Source: Piromyces finnis finn (lineage: Eukaryota > Fungi > Neocallimastigomycota). From it: DNA of 37,530 nucleotides. Below are positions 11,861 to 25,195 of the stretch, piece by piece. Location of the stretch: contig MCFH01000120.1 of NCBI GenBank assembly GCA_002104945.1, forward strand, positions 1-37,530. Reading direction: 5' to 3'. The number at the start of each line of letters is the position of its first letter. Positions within the stretch are counted from its first letter, which is position 1. The position numbers were made by a program, and so were the translations under genes. The notes below the pieces were generated by a model. It did no database searches and was not told where the DNA came from. It saw only the letters and a list, made by a program, of their open reading frames with translations.

Positions 11861-14800
11861 TATTATCTTTATTGATAACATTACATTATTGTACATTGTA
11901 GAAACAATTAATATTATAATAAAAACTATATAAATTTAATATTAGGAAAAATTACAATATAATAATATGTTCAATTTACATATTATTTTTATATCATATC
12001 TTATTATATAACTGTAATATTTACAATGTAACTTTTTCTCTTTGTTAACCTTATTAATAAAATTATTAATTAAATTTATTTCACAATAAAATTAATAATC
12101 TTTTATATTAGATTAATTAAAAAATTTAATAAAATCAAATTAATACTTTATAATTCAAAATGTTTTGATTAGATTATTCAAGTATTGGAAAAATATATAT
12201 AAAAAATAAATTTGAAAAAAATGAAATGATTTTTTTTCTTTGTTTTTTTATTACTCTATTAATATAAAAATAAAATAAAATAAAGAAATACATTTTTAAA
12301 GAAAATATATTTACTTAATTATTTAGTGTTTACATGTTGGATAAATAAAGTTCCTTAAGTTAATACAATATTAAATAAGAACATTGCAATTAAATATTAA
12401 AATATTTTTTAAAAGTTGTGATGGATGATAAATATGAAAGTCTTATGGACTTTAAGAACACTTTAGAATCTTTGGAATTTTTAAACTTTTATGAACCTCT
12501 TTGGAATAAGAATAAATTTTTTTCAATCTTTGTAAAACTTGAAGAATTAAATTTTTTTTGGTAGATTAAAAATTTATTGTATACTTAAAATTTAAGATTT
12601 AACACAAAATTTATTTTCATTTGGACTCTTTTGGATACCTTTGTATACTAATTAAAAGATAAAAACATGACTTTTATCTTTTATAATACATTTTTTCATT
12701 TATATTATTAGGTTATATATATAGAAAATAATAAAAATATTTAGATATATAAAAAATTTATTTTATATATCTAAATAAATTATAAAAAAAATTCTGGAAT
12801 ACTAAATAAATATAAAACTATAGTAAAGAAAAAGCAAAAATGAAAAAATATTAACTATTATTATTATTATTATTACCATTATCGGTACCATTATATTGAA
12901 TAAAAATATAAAAAATAATGTAAATATAAAAATATTATAACCATGTAATGTTTAAATTTGGTTATATTAAAATATATAAAATATATTTCATTTTCATTTT
13001 TTATAAAAATTTAATTTATTATACGTTATATATTAAGTTTAAATAAATAATCTGAATATATTATAAAAGAAAATAAAATAAAAATTTTAAATAATTTTTT
13101 GTCTAATTTTTATAATGAGAAAAATATTTAAATGGTGAATATAAGGAAAAAAAAAATAAATTTTGTAAAATTTAAAATTGGAAAAATAAAAAACATATCC
13201 TTAATTATTTATTATTATACCAATTATTCTTTAAAAATCTGCTTTCAATATTAATATATTAAGTATATAAGTAATAATAAATTTGTGGATATATCATGGT
13301 TATATGATAGATAATAATTTACCTTTATTATAATGGGTTAGGCTGTAAAAGAAAAAAAAATAAATTTTTAAAATTATATTTTTATTAATTAAAGTATTAT
13401 TATACATATATATTGAAGATTATTTATATTTTATTATATTGTTTTTATTATTAATTTTCTATAATATGTATAATTGAACTATTAGAAATCTTTTATTGTA
13501 AAATATCTTCATATATATATTTAATTTTTATTTTCAAATAATTTTAAAATTGTTATACAAAATTAAAAGTATTAATATTAACAATTAACAAATTACAACT
13601 CTTTTCTTTCATTTGGAATACTATTATAATTAAACATTAATAATTCATTTTTAATTATTTTTTTAGAATTTTATTATTTCTTTTTAAATATAATTTTAAA
13701 AGTTTAAATATTTCATTAAAAAAATTTGATTGAAAATTTTCTATTTTAATATTTAAATGTTGAAACTAAAAAACATTCTTTAATTATTAACCCTAATAAT
13801 TTTAATATAATAATATGTATATATATACATTAGAAAATGCATATTAATATATAAGATGCATTAATATTTATAAGTAATTAAAAATCTAATACCATAAAAA
13901 TACGAATAAATATTAATAAACTATATTAAAAAAATAATTAAGCAAATAATTTATTAATGATTGTATAAAAGAATGAATACAATATTGTTGGAGGTACTTT
14001 GTAGAAAATACAAAAGAAAAAAAGAAAAATACTATAATGCATAGTTTTTTTTGCAAATCTAATGTATATTTTGTATTATTAAAAATTTCATTAAACAATA
14101 TAAAACTAATATTTATATGATATTTAAAAAAAACAGTACGTACTCTAATAATATAAATAATATATTGTATAAAAGTGTTGAAATGAATAAAGCAAAAATT
14201 GAAAATTATTTATATCTTCGACTGTTGCAGTGAATTATTTAATATATGAAGAAAAAATAAATAGTAAAATATTTTATTGAAACTGATCACTTATTATCAA
14301 AAAAAGTACATATACAATAATTATTTATTAATAATATCTAAATAATGAAATAAAAATTTTATTATAATAAACATATGCATTTATATTCAATATTTAATCT
14401 AAGGAACCATATAAACAATTTATCTAATTGAAATAACATATATATATATATATATATTTATTATAACAAAAAAAATTATAAGAATATTTCAAAAATATTA
14501 GTTTTAATAATTTTTCTGCCTGAAAGTCTGAAAGAAGTCGAAATTCTTATGGCTAAAATATCTGGATAAATTCGTCCAAAATCTAGGATGTATATTAATT
14601 CATCAATTAACATTATTGTTAGCTCTATTAGTTAATGAGGTGTATATAATCAATATTATTGATTGAAACATTTCATTGTTAAAATATATATGCATTTTTT
14701 TTCATAATAGTTGAATTAAAAAAATTATAAATATTGATGAACTAGTCATCTTTTAAAAAATCTGTCGAATATTAAATGATTATAATTTAAAAAAAAATTA

Positions 14801-16052
14801 TTTTATAATGATATTAATCAAAGTTTTAAGAATGGTATTTTATTTAAAATATATATATATTGTTAAATAATTTATTGATAAAAATTGTGAAAATATTTTC
14901 TTAATTATTACAATAAAAAAATATTCACATGGGATGTAAAAAGAAAATAAGAAAAAATTTTGAAAAATTCAAAATTGAAAAAAATAAAATATACTTTTAA
15001 TATTTTATTAGTACCTCAAATATTATTTTAAAAAATGACATTTTATTAAGTAAATGAATAATAATAAACTTGTATATCATATCATGCATGTGTATATATC
15101 ATTAAAATGTTTTAATATATTATTATTATGTTATTTACACTATTTAAATTAAAGCATATTTTATTTAAATATTGGAATAATTTAATATTTAAAACTTGAA
15201 AATTAAAAAAAAATAAGCAATATTATGAAATAAAATTGTAAAATAAAAGATAATTTATTTTTTCCCAAATTACATTTTTATTAACTTAAAGTATTACACA
15301 TTATAGATTATTTATATTTTATAACTTTTTTATTTTTAATTTTATATAAACTTTAACTATTAAGTATATTTTAATATAATAACATCTTCATATTTAATAT
15401 TTATTTTCAACTATCTTTAAAAAAAATTCTTTATTTTAATATATTAAAAATTAAAAAAAAAAAAAATATTGAGACTTTTCAAATTATTTTAGTTAAAATA
15501 GTCATTTATTTGCATATTCATTTATTAATTTATATATATTAATTTATTTATTCGTTAATATAATAATAGATTCATTCATTTATCTATTAATAAATTGATT
15601 CTTTCATTGTTTTATTTAATTAATAATTCTTTTATTCAGTTATATATCATTTGATTTATTCTTTCATTTAATGATTTTGAAATAAGTAAAATTTTAAACT
15701 TTTCCATATGTCAAATTACATTTTTATCTATTTAAAAATATTAAGAATTTACCTATATTTATCAATGTATATTTAAAAATTATAGTTAATTATTAAATGA
15801 TAAAGTAATGGTTCTAATTTACTATTCAAAGATGTATAGATTATAATTTAACTTAATCAAAATCTATATTGATAAGTAATTTCTAACTACATTTCTACAT
15901 TTCTACCAAATAAAATATAAAATCAAGTATTACTTAGTATCAAAAATGAAAAAAAAATATGCTAATTATTATCATTATCACCACCATCATCATTATTATT
16001 TAATATAAAGTTTAATGTTTTTCTAACTTATATAGAATAGCAAGTTAAAATA

Positions 16053-16291
16053 AAATATAATAAATATTTCTTGTATAAAGTTGTATTGAAGTATTTAAAG
16101 TGTACTTCATTTATTATATTAATTCAATTTTCAACTATTTATTATATGTTTTATATATTTTTCTTTTAAATATAATAAATATAATAAATATGTCTTGTAT
16201 AAAGTTGTATTAAAATATTTAAAGTGTACTTCATTTTTTATATTAATTCAATTTTCAACTATTTATTATATGTTTTATATATTTTTCTTTT
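16053..16291. repeat. 124-bp tandem duplication (2 copies, left arm only)
   Basis: TTGTATAAAG occurs at 16071 and 16195. The mirror region (~28995-29110) has one copy. Confidence 0.9.
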
Positions 16292-17410
16292 ATAGTATAT
16301 ATAAACAACTCGAAATATTTTATAAAAGAAATTTAAACAAAATACTTTAACAATTTTATGGCTAATTTTTATCATGAGAAAACTGTTTAAATAGGATATA
16401 AAAGAAAGATGATAATTTATAAAACTTACATTGAAAAAATAAAAATATATCTGTAAATATTTATTTTTACTTCAATTATTCTTTAAAAATGGTATTTTAA
16501 TACTACTTTATTAAGTAAAGTAAATGAGTAATAATAAAACTGTGTGCTATATCATTTGTATATAATTAAAATAATACTATTATAGATATAATATTTTAAA
16601 CAAAATTTATAAAGGGTTAGATTATATTACTAGAGGTTAATGATTAATTCATTTTGTGGGTTTGAAGAATTAAGTATATATATATAGTATTTAATAATTA
16701 AAAGAAATAGAGTATAAATTGATATATAATATAAAAATATAAAATATATTTATATGAAACAACTTATTGAAAAAAAAAGTAAATAAAAAATTTTACTTTA
16801 TATAAAAATATTAATTTTAGAAAAGATAATAAAAATTATATAAAATTAATTGTTTTTTTTTTTTGGTTTCATTTTTTATATATATATTTAAAAAAAATAA
16901 AAGTTTTTATTTAAAAACTTAATACTAATAATTCAAAATATCTAAATTTTATAATACTATTATGGCAGTAGAAATAATAATTCTTATGTTATTACAAATA
17001 TCATTATCATTATCATTTGATAGATTATATATCATTGAATATGAGGTATTTAGTTAATCAATGTTGAATATTTTAATTATTACTTCTGTAAAATATAAAT
17101 AAGTTTTAAAAAATATAATTTTATATTTATAACTTTATTAAATTTCTCTAAATATCAAATGTAAAATCTTATTGTATTACTAAAATAAGAATATCTTTTT
17201 AAATTAATAAATTAATAATAGATAAAAATAATTAAAATTTTTATTTTTATATTATATTTAGAAATTATAATAAGAAGTATAGGTTAAATAATTTTATATT
17301 ATAAAAAGGTGATGAAGAATATAAGTTATAATATGAATAACAATAAAAAGTCGTATCGTTTTTTTTAAATTTAAAATATTTTTAAATTAATACATGATGA
17401 TGCTTAATAC

Positions 17411-17541
17411 TATTATTATTATTATTACTACTATTATTACTACTATTACTACTACTACTACTACTACTACTACTAATAATAATAATAATGATAATAATAA
17501 TGATAATAATAATAATGATAATAATAATAATGATAATAATA
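17411..17541. repeat. Compound microsatellite (TAT)n(TAC)n(AAT/GAT)n
   Basis: Read directly. Confidence 0.9.
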
Positions 17542-18455
17542 AAAATAATAATATAAATAAGTAATTATATAATAAAATTTTAATATATAAATAGTATCAG
17601 TTTTTAATTAATTTAAAAGTAACAATAAAAATTAAAAAATAAGTAAAAATTAAAAATAGTTTGTAATAAGAAATCAATAATAAATAAAAATATATAAAAT
17701 TATTTATTTTCTCTATATTCTCGAAAATATAAATAAAAATTAATCGTAATAAGATTATTATTATAATTATTAATTTACAATATCTTATATTGACTTGATA
17801 TTTAATAATATGTTAAAATATAATAAACATTTCTTGCATAAATTTATAATATTAAAATATTTACAATACATTTCATTTTCATTTTTTATATATATTTTAA
17901 TTTTTTTAATTGTGTAAATCTTTTTCATTTATTTCTTTTATATTAAAATATTTTTTTCATGATAAAGTTTTTTTAATAAATGGCATTTTAGCATTAATTC
18001 ACTAAGTAAAGTAAATGTGTAATAATATATTTGTGTGCTATAACATGGTTTAAAATTTTATAATTTCTTTTTTATTTAAAACATTTTATTTAAACTTTTT
18101 TCAAGTAAAATTTTAAAAAATATTGAAATTTTTGTAAATTTTCAAAGTTTGATTTTTTTATTAATTTTTCATTCATTCATTAATTAATTATTCATCGTCC
18201 ATTTAAAAAAATTTGATCTAAAAAAAAAATTCATTTGAACTTTAACATAAAAAAACTTAAACTTTTTTTTTTTAAAATTTTTATACTTTAAGAAATAATT
18301 TATTTTTTTTATTATATTTTTATTATATTTTTATTATATTTTTATTATTTTATTTATATTTTATTTTAAAAATGAATTATTACATGTTTTTTTTTATTAA
18401 TAAATATATAAAACAAGAAAAAATTTAAATATAAAAATATAAATATAATATTATT

Positions 18456-20123
18456 TTAATTAGTTATCCATTCATTGTAATCATTATATTTATTGAAATA
18501 TTTAATAAATTCTTGATTTTTAATTGTCATAGATAATATATAGGCATCTTTGTCATTACTTCCAATTCTCTTTAATTCTTCTAAAATAAATTTTACCTTT
18601 TGATCTGGTGTGCTTTCATCAAGCACATACATATCATTTACGACTTCATAATTATTATATTTTAATGCCATAGAGTACCATCCTGTTGGAAATTTTTTAT
18701 AGCATAAATATTCTTTTGCCAAAAGTGGGAAATATTCATTCTTTTTATGTTTAATTATTATATGAAATACGTATTCTGGGATTCTCAATTTTTCAATTTT
18801 TTTACTTTCATTTTTTAATTTTTCAATAATATAATATAAAACATCAAAAGATGCTTTCCTATGAAAAATTAAAAAATCTATTAAAATATTAAATGAATTA
18901 GTACTATCTATAAATCTATAATTTATATCTGCACCATTGGAAATGAGCAAAGAACATACATCGCTTCTACTTAATAAAAGAGAATAAACCGCGGGAGTTA
19001 TTGTTTCTGCGAAAATGTTTTTTGGAACTTCATAATCAAAGTTTGAATATGAAAATAAATTAATAATAGATTCAATAAAATTCAAAGGTAACCCGAAAGA
19101 TATAGCATTGGAGAGTACGTCATAATTTGAATCGTTAATATTGTCCATTAATGCATCATTATCTTGATAAAAACAAATCAATTTCTCAATATCGCATTCT
19201 TTAATAATATTATTTAATTTATTTCTTTTTTCATTGATGATTTTATCCATGCATCTTTTAACCTGGTTATTGTCCAACATTAATTTATAATTTAAACATA
19301 TATTATTGTTGTTATATTTATATTGGATAAAAAATTCGTATAACTTTGTTGAAAAACCAGGATGTTCGGCTTCATCAAAATTCTTAATTATATATTCAAT
19401 TTTACTTTTTAGCGATTTTCTTGAATCGTAACAAGAGAAAAATTTAAATTGGTCATATGTATTTTGGTAAATGCATCTGTAATACCACTGATAAGGTATA
19501 TCAAAAGATCTTTCACACATTACAATTTTGTCAAAGTTTTCTTTTGATATACCATCTTTTTTCTGATACATTGAAAGTAACTGATTAACTAGGTCTTTAT
19601 CACATAAATATTTGATATATGTGGATGCCAAATCGTATCTAAAATTAAAATTGTAAACATAATGTTTAATCATCATTATGTCCCAATCTCTGTTTAAAAG
19701 ATACATAAAGACCTTGGTAGTGAATAAATTATTTTCCATCAATAATTTTGCAATGTTAAAATTATTTTGAACATAATTGACATCGCCCCCTTTACTGATA
19801 ATGAAGTCTGCAATTTTAAAATGATTTTTTGAAATTGCAGCATATAGTGGCGATTTAATTTCACCATTTTTGAAAACGGTAAATTTATTGACATTATATT
19901 TTAATCTACTTAATAATATGTCTAAAAATTCAATTGAAACATTGCATTCAATTGCTGTGATAACTATGTCAAATTCTTTTTCTTTAATTAAATTAGTGAG
20001 TTGAACCATTTCATCTTGAAATTCAACCTCTTCAAAGAGGTCTTGTTCTGACTCATAAGAAATTGACATAGTGCTCTTATCACTGTCACAGTCATTATAA
20101 TCAATATTGTAATTGCTATTCAT
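18456..20123 (-). CDS. Intronless ankyrin-repeat protein, 555 aa
   Basis: Long open frame in otherwise very AT-rich DNA. Ankyrin-like motifs KSPLYAAISKNHFKIADFIISKGGDVNY and ITPAVYSLLLSRSDVCSLLISNGADINY. Acidic N-terminal tail. The two halves resemble each other around these motifs. Confidence 0.8.
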   Translation of the reverse strand: MNSNYNIDYNDCDSDKSTMSISYESEQDLFEEVEFQDEMVQLTNLIKEKEFDIVITAIECNVSIEFLDILLSRLKYNVNKFTVFKNGEIKSPLYAAISKNHFKIADFIISKGGDVNYVQNNFNIAKLLMENNLFTTKVFMYLLNRDWDIMMIKHYVYNFNFRYDLASTYIKYLCDKDLVNQLLSMYQKKDGISKENFDKIVMCERSFDIPYQWYYRCIYQNTYDQFKFFSCYDSRKSLKSKIEYIIKNFDEAEHPGFSTKLYEFFIQYKYNNNNICLNYKLMLDNNQVKRCMDKIINEKRNKLNNIIKECDIEKLICFYQDNDALMDNINDSNYDVLSNAISFGLPLNFIESIINLFSYSNFDYEVPKNIFAETITPAVYSLLLSRSDVCSLLISNGADINYRFIDSTNSFNILIDFLIFHRKASFDVLYYIIEKLKNESKKIEKLRIPEYVFHIIIKHKKNEYFPLLAKEYLCYKKFPTGWYSMALKYNNYEVVNDMYVLDESTPDQKVKFILEELKRIGSNDKDAYILSMTIKNQEFIKYFNKYNDYNEWITN

Positions 20124-22546
20124 TTTGAAAAATAAAATAAAAATAGTTGAATTTGAATTTGTTTAACAAACTAAAGATAAATAATATTTTACTGGTGTTT
20201 TTTTTAAATAAAAAACAATAAATATTAAAAGATAAAAAAAATGTATTTTATTTAATAAATAAAATTTAAAGTAATATTTAAATATGATTTGTTAATTAAA
20301 TATTCTTAATAAATAAAGTTGTATTTTTTTATTCAATTAAATTTAAACTTTAATTTTATTTTATATATAAAGTAGTTTAATTAATTATATATCAGTTATT
20401 AAATCTTTTGAATTTTTTTTTATTATTTAAATGGATCAACCATTATTAATATTGAAATAAAAAAATAAAAAAATCAACTTTTCAGTAAATATAATGAATG
20501 ATATTAATTATATTATATATTTTTAATATTCAAAAAGCATATTATAGTATTTATTATAGTATAATTAAATAAAAAAAACTATTAATTAATTGTTATAAAG
20601 AGTTTTTTTTTATTAGAAATAAAATATATATTTCATTTATACAATTTATTATATTATATTTATATTTAATTAAATTTAGGATATTTGATGATGTTAATTT
20701 ATGTAATAATAAATATATAATTGGAACAGTTTGTTCAATTGTAGAAATAACTACATTAAAAAGAAATTTTTTTTTGGTAGTAATTTACCTATTTAATGGA
20801 AACAAAAAATATTAATTCAAGAGGAGAAAATTTCCAAAAACAACAATAACAACAAAACGAAAAAAAATTTAAATATATATAGAATCATATTTATTGAATA
20901 CCATATTGGAAATAATGAAAGTAAAAAAATATATATATATATATACAATTGATTACTAAACAAATAATAATATAATGCTTATATTTTAATATAATGTTTT
21001 ATTCTAAAATAATCTTCATCTATGTAATTTCATATATTTTATAAAATTAAATGAAAAAATGTTACTTTTTTGGTTACTTTTTTTTGTGTTGTTATAAATA
21101 TAAATATAAACATATAGTTTATTTTAAATTTTTTTACATTTCAAGTATGTAATAGAATGGATGATTAATAATAGTAATAAAATAAATATTAAAATATACC
21201 TTAATAAATTTTTAAAATATAGATAATGATAATGGTTTTGAATTATATTGAATTAACCTTTTTGAACTTTATGTTCTTTCATATTATTGTATATAGATAA
21301 AATTATTAAATATCAATGATAAAATTAGTGAAATAATTTTAGCTTTAGTTAATTTTTTTGATGTCTTTATTAATAAATATTAATATAATTTATTAACATT
21401 TAAATATACTTTTTATTCTTTCTCAAAATATTATACATTTATACAATTAATTTTCTTTTCTTTTAAGTATTATTTTAAATATATATTTTTAAAAAACACC
21501 TTTTAAATATAGTCACAACTTTTATAAAAGTAATTTTAATTCATTTTAATGATTACATATCTAATAATAATTTATTCAAAAAAAATTTAAATAAATTTCA
21601 TTAATCAATTTTTTGATACTTTCTTCATAAATCGGAGCTCTAAAATCTGTATTATTATTTTTATCTAATACTAATACTATTATTAATTATAACATTTTCA
21701 TATTTTTTTATTTATCATCACTTTCATCACTTTTATTGGGTCAATACTAATGTTTTTTTAAGATATAAAATTTTCTACTACTAATTTTTCTAAATACTCA
21801 ATTTCATTCTATTGTTTTTTCTTTAAAACTCATACCCATATATTTACTATAACTACATTTGCTATCACCTATATTTTTTATCATATAATTAATCTTCTAA
21901 TTGGATTATTATTTGTTGCATTTTCATATAAAGTAGTTATACTATTTAATTTATTTGATTCAATTGACATTTATGTGTTTTTTTGTTGATAATAGAAAAT
22001 AAAATCTATATCCATTATTTTAATACTTTTTTAACAGTCAAATTCATATACAATTTCAAATTTTGAAACTGGATAACTTCCGTCAATTATTTATATTTGT
22101 TGTAAAACTTTATATCTTATGCTTAATTAAAATTATTCATTGTGTATATTAGTTTTTCTTGATTCTTCATCGGTTTTTCATATTTATATGAAGGGATATA
22201 AATAATTTTCATATAGCATCAAATCAAGCAATTGGAAATTAATAGATATTGGTTAGGTAAAGAAAGTAATACATAGTGTGAATCTAATTAGTATTTGATC
22301 ACCTGAAAATTAAAACATAGTAATAATTTTACAAATAATATTATCATAGGTATCAGGTATCTCTTTCATAGAACGTAATTTCTACTTTCTGTAATTTTTG
22401 TATGGATAGAAATAAAATAGTTACATTAGTAGTTTTTTACTACCTTTAAATGAATTGAAAATACTTAAATATAAAATATAAGCCTCTCATGTAATAAGTA
22501 TAATCTTTCTTATAAATTATATTATTTAATTTTATTTATATAAAAA

Positions 22547-22771
22547 TAAATTAATGATATAATTATTTTTTTTTAATTTTTTATTATATTAGTAGAATTA
22601 AATATAATAAATTTATTAACTTTAATGTTTCTGTATTTTCAATTACTATATAATTAGAAAAGATTTTTATATTTTTAATTGTGATAAATTAAAGTTAACA
22701 AATTTATATAAATCTATAATACATGTATTAATTTGAATGTAAAGTTATTAAATAAATAAAATAATTTTTAT
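22547..22771. other. Central ~225-bp spacer of the palindrome
   Basis: Exact complementarity stops at ..TATATAAAAA (22546) and TTTTTATATA.. (22772). A few more bases pair only with homopolymer slippage. Confidence 0.9.
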
Positions 22772-25195
22772 TTTTTATATAAATAAAATTAAATAATATA
22801 ATTTATAAGAAAGATTATACTTATTACATGAGAGGCTTATATTTTATATTTAAGTATTTTCAATTCATTTAAAGGTAGTAAAAAACTACTAATGTAACTA
22901 TTTTATTTCTATCCATACAAAAATTACAGAAAGTAGAAATTACGTTCTATGAAAGAGATACCTGATACCTATGATAATATTATTTGTAAAATTATTACTA
23001 TGTTTTAATTTTTCAGGTGATCAAATACTAATTAGATTCACACTATGTATTACTTTCTTTACCTAACCAATATCTATTAATTTCCAATTGCTTGATTTGA
23101 TGCTATATGAAAATTATTTATATCCCTTCATATAAATATGAAAAACCGATGAAGAATCAAGAAAAACTAATATACACAATGAATAATTTTAATTAAGCAT
23201 AAGATATAAAGTTTTACAACAAATATAAATAATTGACGGAAGTTATCCAGTTTCAAAATTTGAAATTGTATATGAATTTGACTGTTAAAAAAGTATTAAA
23301 ATAATGGATATAGATTTTATTTTCTATTATCAACAAAAAAACACATAAATGTCAATTGAATCAAATAAATTAAATAGTATAACTACTTTATATGAAAATG
23401 CAACAAATAATAATCCAATTAGAAGATTAATTATATGATAAAAAATATAGGTGATAGCAAATGTAGTTATAGTAAATATATGGGTATGAGTTTTAAAGAA
23501 AAAACAATAGAATGAAATTGAGTATTTAGAAAAATTAGTAGTAGAAAATTTTATATCTTAAAAAAACATTAGTATTGACCCAATAAAAGTGATGAAAGTG
23601 ATGATAAATAAAAAAATATGAAAATGTTATAATTAATAATAGTATTAGTATTAGATAAAAATAATAATACAGATTTTAGAGCTCCGATTTATGAAGAAAG
23701 TATCAAAAAATTGATTAATGAAATTTATTTAAATTTTTTTTGAATAAATTATTATTAGATATGTAATCATTAAAATGAATTAAAATTACTTTTATAAAAG
23801 TTGTGACTATATTTAAAAGGTGTTTTTTAAAAATATATATTTAAAATAATACTTAAAAGAAAAGAAAATTAATTGTATAAATGTATAATATTTTGAGAAA
23901 GAATAAAAAGTATATTTAAATGTTAATAAATTATATTAATATTTATTAATAAAGACATCAAAAAAATTAACTAAAGCTAAAATTATTTCACTAATTTTAT
24001 CATTGATATTTAATAATTTTATCTATATACAATAATATGAAAGAACATAAAGTTCAAAAAGGTTAATTCAATATAATTCAAAACCATTATCATTATCTAT
24101 ATTTTAAAAATTTATTAAGGTATATTTTAATATTTATTTTATTACTATTATTAATCATCCATTCTATTACATACTTGAAATGTAAAAAAATTTAAAATAA
24201 ACTATATGTTTATATTTATATTTATAACAACACAAAAAAAAGTAACCAAAAAAGTAACATTTTTTCATTTAATTTTATAAAATATATGAAATTACATAGA
24301 TGAAGATTATTTTAGAATAAACATTATATTAAAATATAAGCATTATATTATTATTTGTTTAGTAATCAATTGTATATATATATATATATTTTTTTACTTT
24401 CATTATTTCCAATATGGTATTCAATAAATATGATTCTATATATATTTAAATTTTTTTTCGTTTTGTTGTTATTGTTGTTTTTGGAAATTTTCTCCTCTTG
24501 AATTAATATTTTTTGTTTCCATTAAATAGGTAAATTACTACCAAAAAAAAATTTCTTTTTAATGTAGTTATTTCTACAATTGAACAAACTGTTCCAATTA
24601 TATATTTATTATTACATAAATTAACATCATCAAATATCCTAAATTTAATTAAATATAAATATAATATAATAAATTGTATAAATGAAATATATATTTTATT
24701 TCTAATAAAAAAAAACTCTTTATAACAATTAATTAATAGTTTTTTTTATTTAATTATACTATAATAAATACTATAATATGCTTTTTGAATATTAAAAATA
24801 TATAATATAATTAATATCATTCATTATATTTACTGAAAAGTTGATTTTTTTATTTTTTTATTTCAATATTAATAATGGTTGATCCATTTAAATAATAAAA
24901 AAAAATTCAAAAGATTTAATAACTGATATATAATTAATTAAACTACTTTATATATAAAATAAAATTAAAGTTTAAATTTAATTGAATAAAAAAATACAAC
25001 TTTATTTATTAAGAATATTTAATTAACAAATCATATTTAAATATTACTTTAAATTTTATTTATTAAATAAAATACATTTTTTTTATCTTTTAATATTTAT
25101 TGTTTTTTATTTAAAAAAAAACACCAGTAAAATATTATTTATCTTTAGTTTGTTAAACAAATTCAAATTCAACTATTTTTATTTTATTTTTCAAA

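Noticed and set aside
13913-14098. 61-aa ORF (-)
   Set aside because: F/I/L/N-rich translation of A/T-rich DNA with no motif.
17411-17541. Microsatellite as a CRISPR array, telomeric repeat or hairpin element
   Set aside because: Simple trinucleotide runs with no spacers and no G-rich telomere motif. The (TAT)n/(AAT)n complementarity is expected by chance in such tracts.
22547-22771. Missed sequencing adapter or viral/plasmid hairpin telomere at the centre
   Set aside because: No adapter sequence is present. The arms hold fungal-type retrotransposons and no viral or protelomerase genes, and they differ by real insertions.
22860-23700. Coding-like fragments near the centre (e.g. KEIPDTYDNII, MSIESNKLNSITTLYEN, KYMGMSFKEK) and their mirror
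   Set aside because: Short, interrupted by stops, and with no recognisable family. Cannot be supported without a database search.
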